A stretch of 64,000 nt of DNA, from NCBI GenBank assembly GCA_051002895.1, contig JBPCLW010000047.1, positions 2,273 through 66,272 on the forward strand, in the 5' to 3' direction. Position numbers and translations under genes: made by a program. This DNA is from Candidatus Dormibacteria bacterium. GTDB lineage: Bacteria; Chloroflexota; Dormibacteria; Aeolococcales; Aeolococcaceae. Under the pieces are notes generated by a model. It did not search any database. It was given only the letters and a program-made list of their open reading frames with translations, and was not told the origin of the DNA. This document shows, piece after piece, positions 20,188 to 29,465 of this stretch; positions within the stretch are counted from its first letter, which is position 1; each line of letters starts with the position of its first letter.

Positions 20188-20919
20188 ATGGCATTCATCA
20201 CCGCCCACCGGGGCGTCTACGACCGGGGATTCCGCCCGCAGGTGCGGGAGAACACGCCGGCATCCATCGAGCGGGCCATCGCCCACGGCGCCGACATGGT
20301 CGAGATCGACGTGCGGCGGACTCTCGACGGCGAGTTGGTACTCAGTCACGACGAGTACATCCACGGTGTCCCCATCGGCCGGCTGACCTACGCGGCACTT
20401 CATCACCGTGCCCGTCATCAGCGAGTTCCCTGGCCGCGTCTTGGCGATGTAGTCCAGCAGTGTGCGGGCCGCATCAAGCTCGATGTCGAGCTCAAAGAGC
20501 CGGGGATCGAGCGCGAGGTCGGCACCGTCCTGCTCGAGACGTTGGCGCCGTCGGAGTTGGTGACGTCGTTCCGGGACGACGTCATCGCCGCCATGAAGCG
20601 TGCCCATCCAGAGATTCGCGCTGGCCTTCTTCTGGGCAGTTCCCGCGCCACCGCGCGGGCTCAGTTCTCTGAACTCTTTCCATTTGGTCGCGTGGAGCGC
20701 TGCCGGGCCGACTTCATCGTTCCCCACGCGTCGATCGCGGATTTCCTGGTGCGTCGCGCTCACGATCGCGGCATCGGGGTCATGGTCTGGACCATGAGAC
20801 GGGAGAATCACCTCGCCCGTCTCATCCTCGATCCTCGGGTGGAGGCGGTGATCACCGACCGCGTCGCCGACGCGCGCAGACTGCGTGGCGACGGCGTGGG
20901 CGTCGCCATCGGCGCCTGA
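20188..20919 (+). CDS. glycerophosphodiester phosphodiesterase (GDPD) family protein
   Basis: FITAHRG...ENT...EIDVRRTLDGELVLSHD GDPD motifs; the ATG at 20188 is preceded by GAGAGGGA (ORF track: GTG at 20164). Confidence 0.7.
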   Translation: MAFITAHRGVYDRGFRPQVRENTPASIERAIAHGADMVEIDVRRTLDGELVLSHDEYIHGVPIGRLTYAALHHRARHQRVPWPRLGDVVQQCAGRIKLDVELKEPGIEREVGTVLLETLAPSELVTSFRDDVIAAMKRAHPEIRAGLLLGSSRATARAQFSELFPFGRVERCRADFIVPHASIADFLVRRAHDRGIGVMVWTMRRENHLARLILDPRVEAVITDRVADARRLRGDGVGVAIGA

Positions 20920-20938
20920 CCGGCGGGACGGCCTTCCT

Positions 20939-20976
20939 ATACTCCGGCGAGTGACCGATACTCCGGCGAGTGACCG
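20939..20976. repeat. 19-bp tandem direct repeat x2 (atactccggcgagtgaccg) plus a partial third unit, upstream of the ECF sigma gene
   Basis: Read directly in the GDPD-sigma intergenic region. Confidence 0.75.
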
Positions 20977-21106
20977 AGAGTGACGTTGATTCCCACCTGT
21001 CGCGTCAGTGTGGGCCCCGGTCACCGTCTTCCTGCCCCGTGGGCAACCCCGTAACCGTGCGTAGGAAGCGTCCGTTTCCCGACTACGAACCACACGAGCG
21101 CGTCAG

Positions 21107-21676
21107 ATGACGCTGCCACGTGGGTATGAGGATCAACTCATCGAGCGGGCCAAGGCGGACGCCGACGCATTCGGAGAACTCTACGACCACTACTTCGGCC
21201 AGATCTACCGATTCGTCTATAGCCGAATCCGGGATCAGGACGCTGCCGAGGACGTCACCAGCGAGGTGTTCTTCAAAGCACTGCGCGCCATTGGCCGCTA
21301 CAAGCCCTCCGGTCACCCCTTCTCCGCCTGGCTCTATCAGATCAGCGTGAATGCAATTGCCGACCATTACCGAGCCCAGAAGCCGCAATCGAACATCGAT
21401 GACGCCATCGCTGTTGCTGACCCCTCGCGGGCGGTCATCGACCGCGTCGTCGAGTCCGAGGAGGCCGCACGCGTGTGGGCGGCAATCGACACCCTGCCCG
21501 ACCAGCAGAGGACGGCGATGACCCTGAAGCTTGGCGAGGACCTCAAGCTGGCTCAGATCGGCGAGATCATGGGCAAGAGTGAGGGCGCCATCAAGCTGCT
21601 CATCCATCGCGGCATGATCGGCATCCGTCAGCGTCTCGGCATCAGCGGCGGCGTCGCCGTCGAGGAGGCCGGCTGA
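21107..21676 (+). CDS. ECF (group IV) RNA polymerase sigma-70 factor
   Basis: Region 2 (YDHYFGQIYRFVYSRIRDQDAAEDVTSEVF) and region 4 (LPDQQRTAMTLKLGEDLKLAQIGEIMGKSEGAIKLLIHRG) helix-turn-helix. Confidence 0.8.
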   Translation: MTLPRGYEDQLIERAKADADAFGELYDHYFGQIYRFVYSRIRDQDAAEDVTSEVFFKALRAIGRYKPSGHPFSAWLYQISVNAIADHYRAQKPQSNIDDAIAVADPSRAVIDRVVESEEAARVWAAIDTLPDQQRTAMTLKLGEDLKLAQIGEIMGKSEGAIKLLIHRGMIGIRQRLGISGGVAVEEAG

Positions 21677-23970
21677 TGGCCCACTCTCCCAGCGACGAGG
21701 AACTCGACGCCCTCTTCGGCAACGACACCGAACTCCTCAACACCGCCCATCGGCTGCGCGCCGCGCGACCCCAGCCCCTCCTCGACCCCCGATTCCCGTC
21801 GGTTCTTCGCGCCCAACTCATGCGCGAGGCGAGCACCGTGCTCGCCCCGCGGCGGCGGCGCTGGTTGGCACCAGGGATGGGCCACATCGCCTGGGGGAGC
21901 GGTGCTCTCGGCTTGGCCATGGTGGTGGCTCTCGTCGTCACCCTGAACCGGCCGCTGGGGCCCGACCAGACGACGCTGCCCCAGGCGATGTCGAACGTGT
22001 CCGCGCAGAAGGCGGTGAGCACCACCGGGGCGATAACCCTCAGATTCAACCAGCCGATGGACGAGAATGCCGTCGTCGCCGGACTTCACATCGAGCCGGC
22101 CACGCAGGCGACGTACGCCTGGTCTGATGCCAAAACACTGCAGGTCACCCCGGCCCGCCCGCTCGCCGGGAACACCCCGTACGTGGTGACCATCGATCAT
22201 GCCGCCGCTCGTAGCGCGGCAGGCACGAGCGCTCCCGCGGACATTCACATCAGCTTCGGCACCGAACCAACGCCGACACCGGTGCCGCCGCCCTTGGTGA
22301 CGCCGCCCTCCCTTCAGATCAGCGTGGTCAACGCCGCAGACCCTGCGGCAGCGACCGGCTTCAGTCCCGATGGAGACCCGGTGACCAATAGCGCCACCCT
22401 GCCCCCGGCGTCAGCGGCTCCGACGCCGACACCCTCAACCCCGTCGCTGCTGCCCTCGTTGCCGGTGAACCTTCCCAGCCTGGGGCCCAGCCCGGCGCCG
22501 TCACCGAGTGCCGCCGTGGGGCCGGGTGGGACGACGGCCGCCTTTCCGGCGGCCGGTCCCACGCGCCTGGGCGTGGCATCCCACGCCTTCGCCTTTTCGC
22601 CCGATGGCCGTCAACTCGTGCTCGCCATCCCCTCCGCGCAGGGCGGTGACGACATCGTCGTCAGCCAGGCCGACGGCGGCAGCCCCACCGCCCTGACAAC
22701 GCTGAGCGGATCCGCGACCGGGATCACCTGGTCGGATCGATCCACCGTCGTTGTCGCCCAGAGCGGTTCAGTAGAAAGCGTCGACCTCCAGCACCGTGTC
22801 GTCCCCCTCCTCACCCAGCCGGGCTCCATCCGCCTCGCCCCGGGCGGCCGTTCCGCCTTGGTGCTGCCTCCCGCTGTCACATCGCAGCCGACCGGCAACC
22901 CCGGAGCAACCCCGAGTGCTCCCGACGGTGTCCTCTACGGCCTCGACACCCAGACTCAGCGCACTCTCGCCGGCAGCTCGAGCGGAGTGTTCGCCTTCAG
23001 CGGCGACGGTGCCAGCGTGGCGTGGGTCGACAGGTCACAGGCGACCCGCCGTCTCCTCATCAGCGCGGTGGCCAGCGACACCACGCGGCAGATCCCCTCG
23101 ACGAATCAGCGCGGTGACCGCGTCAGCGAGGTTGACCTCAGTCGCGACGCCAAGAGCGTTGCGTACATCGTCGTCCGGCCCTCCGCTACGCCGACGCTGG
23201 TCATCGCCCGCAGCGATGGTGGCGCTATCGTCGGCGAACTCAGCACCCCGGTCCACGACGTCAGCTTCTCTCCCACCGCGGACCGGATCGCGATGGTAGG
23301 CCCTGGTGGCCTGACCATGGCGCCGCTCCCTGGCGGCGCCATCTCGATTCCGCTCACCCCAAGCATTCCCGCTGAGGCCCAGCAAACCCTCGACGCACTC
23401 GTGGCCGCACAGGTGGCCCACGACGCGGCGGCGCTGCACGGTCTCGGCACCGGTCCTCTCGATCTCACTGCCCTCACCCCGCCGGGGCTCACCCGCGGCT
23501 ACGTCATCAGCGCGATGCAGAGCGATGGCGGCACGGTCGTGGCGACGGCGCGTCTCCTCATCGATCCCGCGACGGGAGCCGCGGCCACCCAGCTGACCAC
23601 TGAGATGGTGACGCTCACCCTGACCGGCGGGAGCTGGAAGGTGTCGGGGCTCAGCGCTCCCCGCCTGACGACCGAGCCTCCAGGACCGCACGTCACCCGG
23701 GTCAGCAGCTCGAGTGACCAGCGCAACACCGTCGTCACTGTCACCTTCGACTCTGACCTGCAGTCGGGCAGCGCCGCTCAGGCGATCTCGCTGGCGCGCG
23801 GAGGCCGGCCCATAGACGGCGCCAAGGTCTCCTACGACGATTCGACCCACACCGCGACCATCACGTACCCAAGCCCGACTCCGGGAAGCGTCACGCTCAC
23901 CGTGGGTACCGGCCTCACTGACGTCGCTGGGCAGCACATGGCCACGGCCTACACGACGTCGCTCGGCTAA
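21676..23970 (+). CDS. membrane-anchored anti-sigma-factor-like protein with Ig-like (SbsA/BIG-type) and TolB-like beta-propeller extracytoplasmic domains
   Basis: Start overlaps the sigma stop (TGATG). Cytoplasmic N-terminus, one TM helix (ALGLAMVVALVVTL), PT-rich linkers, and repeated FSPDG/FSGDG/FSPTAD propeller blades. Confidence 0.55.
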   Translation: MAHSPSDEELDALFGNDTELLNTAHRLRAARPQPLLDPRFPSVLRAQLMREASTVLAPRRRRWLAPGMGHIAWGSGALGLAMVVALVVTLNRPLGPDQTTLPQAMSNVSAQKAVSTTGAITLRFNQPMDENAVVAGLHIEPATQATYAWSDAKTLQVTPARPLAGNTPYVVTIDHAAARSAAGTSAPADIHISFGTEPTPTPVPPPLVTPPSLQISVVNAADPAAATGFSPDGDPVTNSATLPPASAAPTPTPSTPSLLPSLPVNLPSLGPSPAPSPSAAVGPGGTTAAFPAAGPTRLGVASHAFAFSPDGRQLVLAIPSAQGGDDIVVSQADGGSPTALTTLSGSATGITWSDRSTVVVAQSGSVESVDLQHRVVPLLTQPGSIRLAPGGRSALVLPPAVTSQPTGNPGATPSAPDGVLYGLDTQTQRTLAGSSSGVFAFSGDGASVAWVDRSQATRRLLISAVASDTTRQIPSTNQRGDRVSEVDLSRDAKSVAYIVVRPSATPTLVIARSDGGAIVGELSTPVHDVSFSPTADRIAMVGPGGLTMAPLPGGAISIPLTPSIPAEAQQTLDALVAAQVAHDAAALHGLGTGPLDLTALTPPGLTRGYVISAMQSDGGTVVATARLLIDPATGAAATQLTTEMVTLTLTGGSWKVSGLSAPRLTTEPPGPHVTRVSSSSDQRNTVVTVTFDSDLQSGSAAQAISLARGGRPIDGAKVSYDDSTHTATITYPSPTPGSVTLTVGTGLTDVAGQHMATAYTTSLG

Positions 23971-23986
23971 CCGGTTCCGCTGACCA

Positions 23987-24658
23987 TTGCGTCTCCCTGG
24001 TGCGCCTCAGCGCACTCGTCTGCAGCAACTGATCGCGGTCTGGTTGCGCTGGAGTTTCCTGGCGGCGATGTGGTTGCGCCTGTGGGGGCGCGTTCGCATC
24101 AGTGGTCGCGAGTGCATGCCCCGTGAGGGCGGCGTTCTGGTGGTGTCGAATCATCTGGGTGCGGGTGATCCGGAGATCCTCTGGGCCATCTTTCCCCGGC
24201 AGCTGTGGTTCATGGCCCTCGACACATTGTTCGACCTTCCTGTCATCGGCTTCCTCATGCAATGTGCGGGGGCGTTCCCGGTGCATCGCGGCCGGGTGAA
24301 CCGCCGCGCCGTGCAGACCGCGCTATGGCTGCTGCGGGCAGGAGAGTCCGTAGCGATGTATCCGGAAGGAGAGCGGACCGTGCGCGCTGACCTCGAGCGG
24401 CCCCATGCGGGAGTGGGCTACCTCGCGCTGCTGGCGGGCGTACCGATTCTTCCCGTCGGTCTGGCCGGAAGTGAGCGGATCTTTCCCCGAGTCCGGCTAC
24501 CACCAAAGCAGCGCGGAATCGACGTGCACATTGGGCCGGCCTTCATGCTGCCGGAGGAGATTCAGGATCGGCATGTGGCCTCCGAGTACATCATGCAGCG
24601 GGTCGCCGATCTCTTGCCGACGCAGTATCGCGGGTACCTGCGTGACCACGAGCGGTGA
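23987..24658 (+). CDS. 1-acyl-sn-glycerol-3-phosphate acyltransferase (PlsC/LPLAT family)
   Basis: VVSNHLGAGDPEIL (HX4D-type variant block I) and YPEGERT (block III). Confidence 0.7.
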   Translation: MRLPGAPQRTRLQQLIAVWLRWSFLAAMWLRLWGRVRISGRECMPREGGVLVVSNHLGAGDPEILWAIFPRQLWFMALDTLFDLPVIGFLMQCAGAFPVHRGRVNRRAVQTALWLLRAGESVAMYPEGERTVRADLERPHAGVGYLALLAGVPILPVGLAGSERIFPRVRLPPKQRGIDVHIGPAFMLPEEIQDRHVASEYIMQRVADLLPTQYRGYLRDHER

Positions 24659-24721
24659 GGCCAGTCGTCGCCTCCCACCGTCACCGGGCGCAGGGCACTT
24701 CCGGTGTGCTTTGCTCAATAG

Positions 24722-26320
24722 GTGAGTGACACTGACAACCCCGACCCGGGGAATCCAGACACCCTGCGCGATCTCCTGGAAAGCGTCACTCGGCGGCACT
24801 CCGAGCGTCGTGCAATCACCCTACCCGAGGTCGGACTCCGCTACGCGGATGTCAATGAGCTGGCCAATCGCGGCGGCAATCTCCTTCTGGGATCTGGCTG
24901 TGGCGAGGGCGACATCGTTATGGCCCGGTGCCACAACAGCCTGACAATGCTGGCGACGTGGTTGGGCTGCGCCAAAATCGGGGCGGTGTTCATGCCAGTC
25001 AACAGTTTGCTGACAGGTGAGCCGCTGCACGGAGTGGTATCCCACGCAGGCGGCAAGATCATGATCTGCGATTCAGATCTCGCGCCGGAGGTTGTGGCGC
25101 TGCGCGGCCGGCTACCTGGGCTACGCGACCTCCTGGTGGCGGGACCGCCGCCGCCGGCCGGGGGTCGGAACTTCGATACGCTCCTGCGGGCAGCATCGAG
25201 TTCGGCCCCGCCGCCTCTACGGCACGGCTCTGACGCACCGGCGAAATTGATGTACACGAGTGGCACCACCGGTCGGCCCAAGGGCGCGATGTGGAGCCGT
25301 CACGCGGAGGCGCTGCACGTTGTGTGCTACGGGGACGAGTTGGTCCGCGTTGATCCCGGCGAAAACACCTATGCGTGTTTGCCGCTGTTCCACGCCACCT
25401 GTCAGGGCACGGCATTGGGAACACTCTGGCGTGGGGGCCACATCGCCATCGACCGCTCGTTCGATCCATTCCGCTTCTGGTCGCGGATCCGGGAGTCGGA
25501 CGCGGTGTTCTTTCCGTACGTCGGCACCATCCTCAGCGTGCTCGCCAAACGATCGGGTCGTCGTGAGGACGGCGATAACCCGGTGCGCCGGGTGATGGGC
25601 AGTGCAGCGCCGCAGGACCTTTGGCCCCTCATCGAGGAGCGCTTCGGTTTGGTCATCGAGGACGTGTGGGGACAGACCGAGCTGGCATCCTGCTGGACCC
25701 GCCCCGTGGGTGAGCGACAGCGCCCCGGTACCGTCGGCGCGCCGACCGACCGGTTTGTGGCCCGGATTGCCAACGTGGACGGTGGCGAGGCGCCGCGTGG
25801 CACACCCGGAGAGATGTGGATCCGGCCGCACCGCCGTAACGACGTTTTCGACCGCTACTACCACGACGACGAGGGGACTTCAGGGATGTGGACGGCGGAC
25901 GGTTGGTATCGCACCGGCGACCAGATGCTCCAGGATGACGAGGGAGACTTTGTGTTTCTCGGACGCATGCGCGACGCCATCCGGCGCCGCGGCGAGATGA
26001 TCACACCCGGTGACATCGAGCAGGCGGCACTGCTCCACCCACTGGTAATGGAGGCGGCGGCGGTGGCGGTCCCGGCTCCCCACGGCGTGGAGGATGAGGT
26101 CAAGCTCTGTGTGGTGGCGCGGGACGGTGCGGACCTGGACTGTCGAGCGTTGCGGGACTTCCTGCAGGAACGGCTGCCCGCCTTCATGGTCCCGCGATAC
26201 ATTCAGCCCTACAGCACCTTTCCCAAGACACTCACCACCCGCATCCAGAAATATCAACTGCGCGACGACGGTGTCGGGGGCGCCTGGGATGCGCGATCGG
26301 CAATCCTGCCGGCGCCGTGA
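24722..26320 (+). CDS. AMP-dependent synthetase/ligase (acyl-CoA synthetase family)
   Basis: LMYTSGTTGRPKGAM AMP-binding motif; Y(R)TGD; GTG start at 24722. Confidence 0.75.
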   Translation: MSDTDNPDPGNPDTLRDLLESVTRRHSERRAITLPEVGLRYADVNELANRGGNLLLGSGCGEGDIVMARCHNSLTMLATWLGCAKIGAVFMPVNSLLTGEPLHGVVSHAGGKIMICDSDLAPEVVALRGRLPGLRDLLVAGPPPPAGGRNFDTLLRAASSSAPPPLRHGSDAPAKLMYTSGTTGRPKGAMWSRHAEALHVVCYGDELVRVDPGENTYACLPLFHATCQGTALGTLWRGGHIAIDRSFDPFRFWSRIRESDAVFFPYVGTILSVLAKRSGRREDGDNPVRRVMGSAAPQDLWPLIEERFGLVIEDVWGQTELASCWTRPVGERQRPGTVGAPTDRFVARIANVDGGEAPRGTPGEMWIRPHRRNDVFDRYYHDDEGTSGMWTADGWYRTGDQMLQDDEGDFVFLGRMRDAIRRRGEMITPGDIEQAALLHPLVMEAAAVAVPAPHGVEDEVKLCVVARDGADLDCRALRDFLQERLPAFMVPRYIQPYSTFPKTLTTRIQKYQLRDDGVGGAWDARSAILPAP

Positions 26321-26670
26321 CCGACCCGACTGATGATCGGGAATCGCTCGCCCTGGCCGGCCTGACGACTCTTGTTCCCGGGACTGAATGGCCGAAGGCC
26401 ATGCCCGGGATCGTAGATCGCGCCCGGTGCGAAGGTGTGCACCGAGACCGCACCGGTGGGCAAGCCGGCGAACGCGTACGTGCCCGATGGTCCGGTGATA
26501 ACCGCTCGACGCGTCGCTCCCTCTCCGACGACCACCACCGCGTTGGCGAACGCGTGGCCGGACGAGTCCGTGATGCGTCCCGACACAGAGGCGCTATCGG
26601 CAGATGAGGTTGACCCGCAGGCCGCTAGGGCAACCGCGAGAAGCGCCAGGCACCACGGGCGGCACGACAC
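26254..26670 (-). CDS. lipoprotein with a carboxypeptidase-regulatory-like (CarbopepD_reg) beta-sandwich domain
   Basis: Lipobox LAACGS; GRITDSSGHAFANAVVVV...GTYAFAGLPTGAVSV; the 3' end overlaps the convergent ligase gene by ~67 nt. Confidence 0.45.
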   Translation of the reverse strand: MSCRPWCLALLAVALAACGSTSSADSASVSGRITDSSGHAFANAVVVVGEGATRRAVITGPSGTYAFAGLPTGAVSVHTFAPGAIYDPGHGLRPFSPGNKSRQAGQGERFPIISRVGHGAGRIADRASQAPPTPSSRS

Positions 26671-26734
26671 CTTGCCGGGAGAGCACGTCCTTGCCTCAGA
26701 CCTCGGCTGTGGGAATCGCTGCCCTGTCGTCTCC

Positions 26735-27547
26735 TCAGTCCTTGGCGCGATGGTTGAATCCGCGGAGGCCGAGGCTCCCGAAGACGGTGATGGCGACGAT
26801 CAGAGCGATCGGCGTCACCCACGTGGTCATGTGAGGAACGTCGGGGATCAGGGCGGAACGAATCCCCTCACTCATGTAGGTCATGGGATTCAGGAGGGTG
26901 ACCGCCTGGAACCAGGGCAGCTTGCTGAGCAGGGGCCAGGGGTACTGCGAGCAGCCCGTGAAGATCAGCGGCGTCAGCACCAGGGCGAACACGATGTTGA
27001 TCTTCCCCGCTGCCACAATGGTCCCCAGGGAGAGGCCCATGGCGCCGCCGGCAATGGATCCCAGCACCATAACAGCGAGGAGCAGCGGCAGATTCGCAGG
27101 CACGAACGGGACCATGCCAAGAACCAGAATCCCCACCGGAAACATGACAATTCCGGCGATGAGCGCGCGTCCCGCCGCGAACACGATTTTCTCCACCGCG
27201 ACCCAGGCCGTCGGCAGCGGTGCCATCAGCCGGTCCTCGATCTCGCGGGTGAAGGAGAACTCGATCACCATCGGCAGGGCAACGCTCTGCAGGGCGGTGA
27301 GCATGATGGTCATGGCGACGATGCCGGGAAAGAGTTGGGTGGCATAGCCATTGCGGGTAAAGCCGAGGTCACTGAGCACGCGACCGAAAACAAAGAGCAG
27401 CCCCAGCGGCTGGACCAATACCTGAGCGAGAAACACCGGGAACTGCCGGAGGGTGACGACGACGTCTCGGCGGAGGATGGCCACGAAGGCGCGCCCCGCA
27501 CCGCCCCTCTGGCTGACGTGCGCGTCGAGCACCGCCGCGTCTCTCAT
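26735..27547 (-). CDS. ABC-2 type transporter permease
   Basis: Six predicted TM helices and ABC-2 family topology; 4-nt overlap with the ATPase gene. Confidence 0.75.
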   Translation of the reverse strand: MRDAAVLDAHVSQRGGAGRAFVAILRRDVVVTLRQFPVFLAQVLVQPLGLLFVFGRVLSDLGFTRNGYATQLFPGIVAMTIMLTALQSVALPMVIEFSFTREIEDRLMAPLPTAWVAVEKIVFAAGRALIAGIVMFPVGILVLGMVPFVPANLPLLLAVMVLGSIAGGAMGLSLGTIVAAGKINIVFALVLTPLIFTGCSQYPWPLLSKLPWFQAVTLLNPMTYMSEGIRSALIPDVPHMTTWVTPIALIVAITVFGSLGLRGFNHRAKD

Positions 27548-28545
27548 CGCAGGGCCCGCCCGGTGAGTGCAATGAAGACGTCCTCGAGGCTTAGCTTGGC
27601 GAAGGAGAGGTCAGCGAGTTCAGCACCAGCCTCCACGACGGCGCGCGCGATCGGAGCCAGCAGGGTGGTTGCGTCGATGGTGGCGTGCACGCGATAGCGT
27701 CGCCGGCCGCTGTCCAGGGGCTTCTCATCCACCCGCTCGACCCGCTCGACTCCGCCGAGTCCCACCAGGGTGACCAGCAGTCCCTCCGCGTCAGCGTCAT
27801 GGAGTTCGACAACAACTCCCAGCGAGTTCCTCCCTGGCAACGTGGCGGTGAGCGCGGCGGGAGTGTCGAGCGCCAGCAGATGGCCGCGGTCCATGATTCC
27901 GACACGCTCGCAGAGGGTCGTGGCCTCCTCCATGTCGTGGGTGGTCAGTACGATGGTGACTCCGCGGCTGCGCAGGTCGCGGACGCGCTCCCAGACGAAC
28001 CGCCGAGCTTGGGGATCGAGGCCCGTGGTGGGTTCGTCGAGAAAGAGCACTTCGGGGCGGTGCATCAGAGCGCGCGCAATCATGATCCGCTGTGACTGGC
28101 CGCCGGAGAAAAAGTCAACCTTGTCGTCGGCCCGGTCGGTGAGGCCGAACTCCTCGAGTAGGGCGACGGCTCGGGTCCGGCGCTCAGCCGCCGGCATGCC
28201 GAAGTAGGCAGCGTGGAAGAGCAGGTTCTGACGCGCCGAGAGCGCGCGATCGAGATTGGATCGCTGAGGAACCACCGCCAGACGTCGCTTCGCCGCGACC
28301 GGATCGGCGACGACGTCGACACCGGAGATGAAGGCACGCCCTCCGGTTGGCCGCACCCGCGTGGTGAGAACGCCCATGGTCGTCGTCTTGCCGGCACCGT
28401 TGGGCCCGAGGAGTCCGAAGACCTCGCCGTGGCGGACACTGAAGCTCACCCCGTCGACCGCATTCACCGGCCGCTTGGGGTAGCGCTTCACCAGATCGAT
28501 CACTTCCACTGACGGCGGGAACGACTCCTCCAAGGGTTGGGCCAC
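27544..28545 (-). CDS. ABC transporter ATP-binding protein (DrrA-like) with a C-terminal extension
   Basis: Walker A GPNGAGKTT, signature FSGGQSQR, Walker B LFLDEPTTGLD, H-loop; GTG start. Confidence 0.85.
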   Translation of the reverse strand: MAQPLEESFPPSVEVIDLVKRYPKRPVNAVDGVSFSVRHGEVFGLLGPNGAGKTTTMGVLTTRVRPTGGRAFISGVDVVADPVAAKRRLAVVPQRSNLDRALSARQNLLFHAAYFGMPAAERRTRAVALLEEFGLTDRADDKVDFFSGGQSQRIMIARALMHRPEVLFLDEPTTGLDPQARRFVWERVRDLRSRGVTIVLTTHDMEEATTLCERVGIMDRGHLLALDTPAALTATLPGRNSLGVVVELHDADAEGLLVTLVGLGGVERVERVDEKPLDSGRRRYRVHATIDATTLLAPIARAVVEAGAELADLSFAKLSLEDVFIALTGRALR

Positions 28546-28556
28546 GATTCGCGAGT

Positions 28557-28760
28557 CTAGTGTCCTGCTTCAGAGGTTCGTGCCAGAGATCGTGGCAGGC
28601 AGCCGGAAGGCGGCCGGTCTGGGCGTTGAGGCCAAGGAAGGGGTGGATCGAGGAGGCGTGCATCTGAATGATGCATGACGACGAAGGGCCGGGACCCCTG
28701 ACGCCGGCATCGACGTCCAGAGCCGCGATACATCCATGAACCTCTGAAGCAGGACACTAG
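28557..28760. repeat. 23-bp perfect inverted repeat pair (ctagtgtcctgcttcagaggttc / gaacctctgaagcaggacactag) with a ~158-bp spacer
   Basis: Read directly. Fills the intergenic space between the ABC ATPase start and the stop of the MTase-like gene. A third copy of agcaggacactagg lies at 29458-29471. Confidence 0.8.
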
Positions 28761-29455
28761 GACACGGCAGCGGCACCACGGAGCAACACCGCCGTCACCG
28801 GGATGCGCAGGGTGTCGTCGGCGGCCAGGTGAGGACGCAGGGAGCGAGCGACTGACGCCTGCAGCGCGGCCACGGTGTCAGCGTCGAGACCTTGCAGGTC
28901 AGCGGCGAGCTCGCGTTGTACCACCATCGTGTTCCAGTAGTGCGCCGGTCCGTCGAAGCGGGCGACGTCACGAACCGACTCCGCGGTGAATTCATCCTCG
29001 CGGGCAGCGTCCAGCAGGTCCTCCGGCAGCAGTTGGTCGTAGAAGGGCGAGGGGACCCCATGCTCGCGCAGTGCGTCGAGGAGCGGAGCTTCCTGCGCTG
29101 GCGGATGCGAGGCGTCATAGACCAGCGCGGCGACAGCGCCAGGTCGTCGCGCCACCCGGCGCATCTCCGCGAGCAACGGCGGAGCGTTGCCGAATCCGAG
29201 TGTCAGCAATGAGAAAACGGCGTCCGCCGATGCATCGTCAAGCGGCAGCCGCTCGCGAACCGTTCCCGGTTCCACGATGATGAGGCGCCCTTGCGGTCCC
29301 AGACGCGTCTGCAGAGCGCGGGAAAGGACGCCATCAGCGAGGACGTCGACCACTGACGCGTCAGCGGCAACCGGTACGGCGGAGAGGAGGTGTTCAGTGA
29401 GCGCCTCACCGAGGGCCCGATCGTGGCCGAGGCCAAAGAGGATCGGCGATGTCAC
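28757..29455 (-). CDS. class-I methyltransferase-fold protein with a degenerate SAM motif I (hypothetical)
   Basis: Motif-like blocks VVDVLADG (motif I without GxGxG), RLIIVEP, DAVFSLLTL, RRPGAVAALVYD; GTG start. Confidence 0.45.
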   Translation of the reverse strand: MTSPILFGLGHDRALGEALTEHLLSAVPVAADASVVDVLADGVLSRALQTRLGPQGRLIIVEPGTVRERLPLDDASADAVFSLLTLGFGNAPPLLAEMRRVARRPGAVAALVYDASHPPAQEAPLLDALREHGVPSPFYDQLLPEDLLDAAREDEFTAESVRDVARFDGPAHYWNTMVVQRELAADLQGLDADTVAALQASVARSLRPHLAADDTLRIPVTAVLLRGAAAVS

Positions 29456-29465
29456 TAGCAGGACA

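Noticed and set aside
20095-21093. ORF-track extension of purB upstream to 21093
   Set aside because: purB homology begins at VISRYT (GTG 20094). The upstream part is antisense to the GDPD gene, which has clear family motifs.
26435-27697. 420-aa plus-strand ORF
   Set aside because: Antisense to the ABC-2 permease and part of the lipoprotein gene. Low-complexity His/Arg/Gly-rich product.
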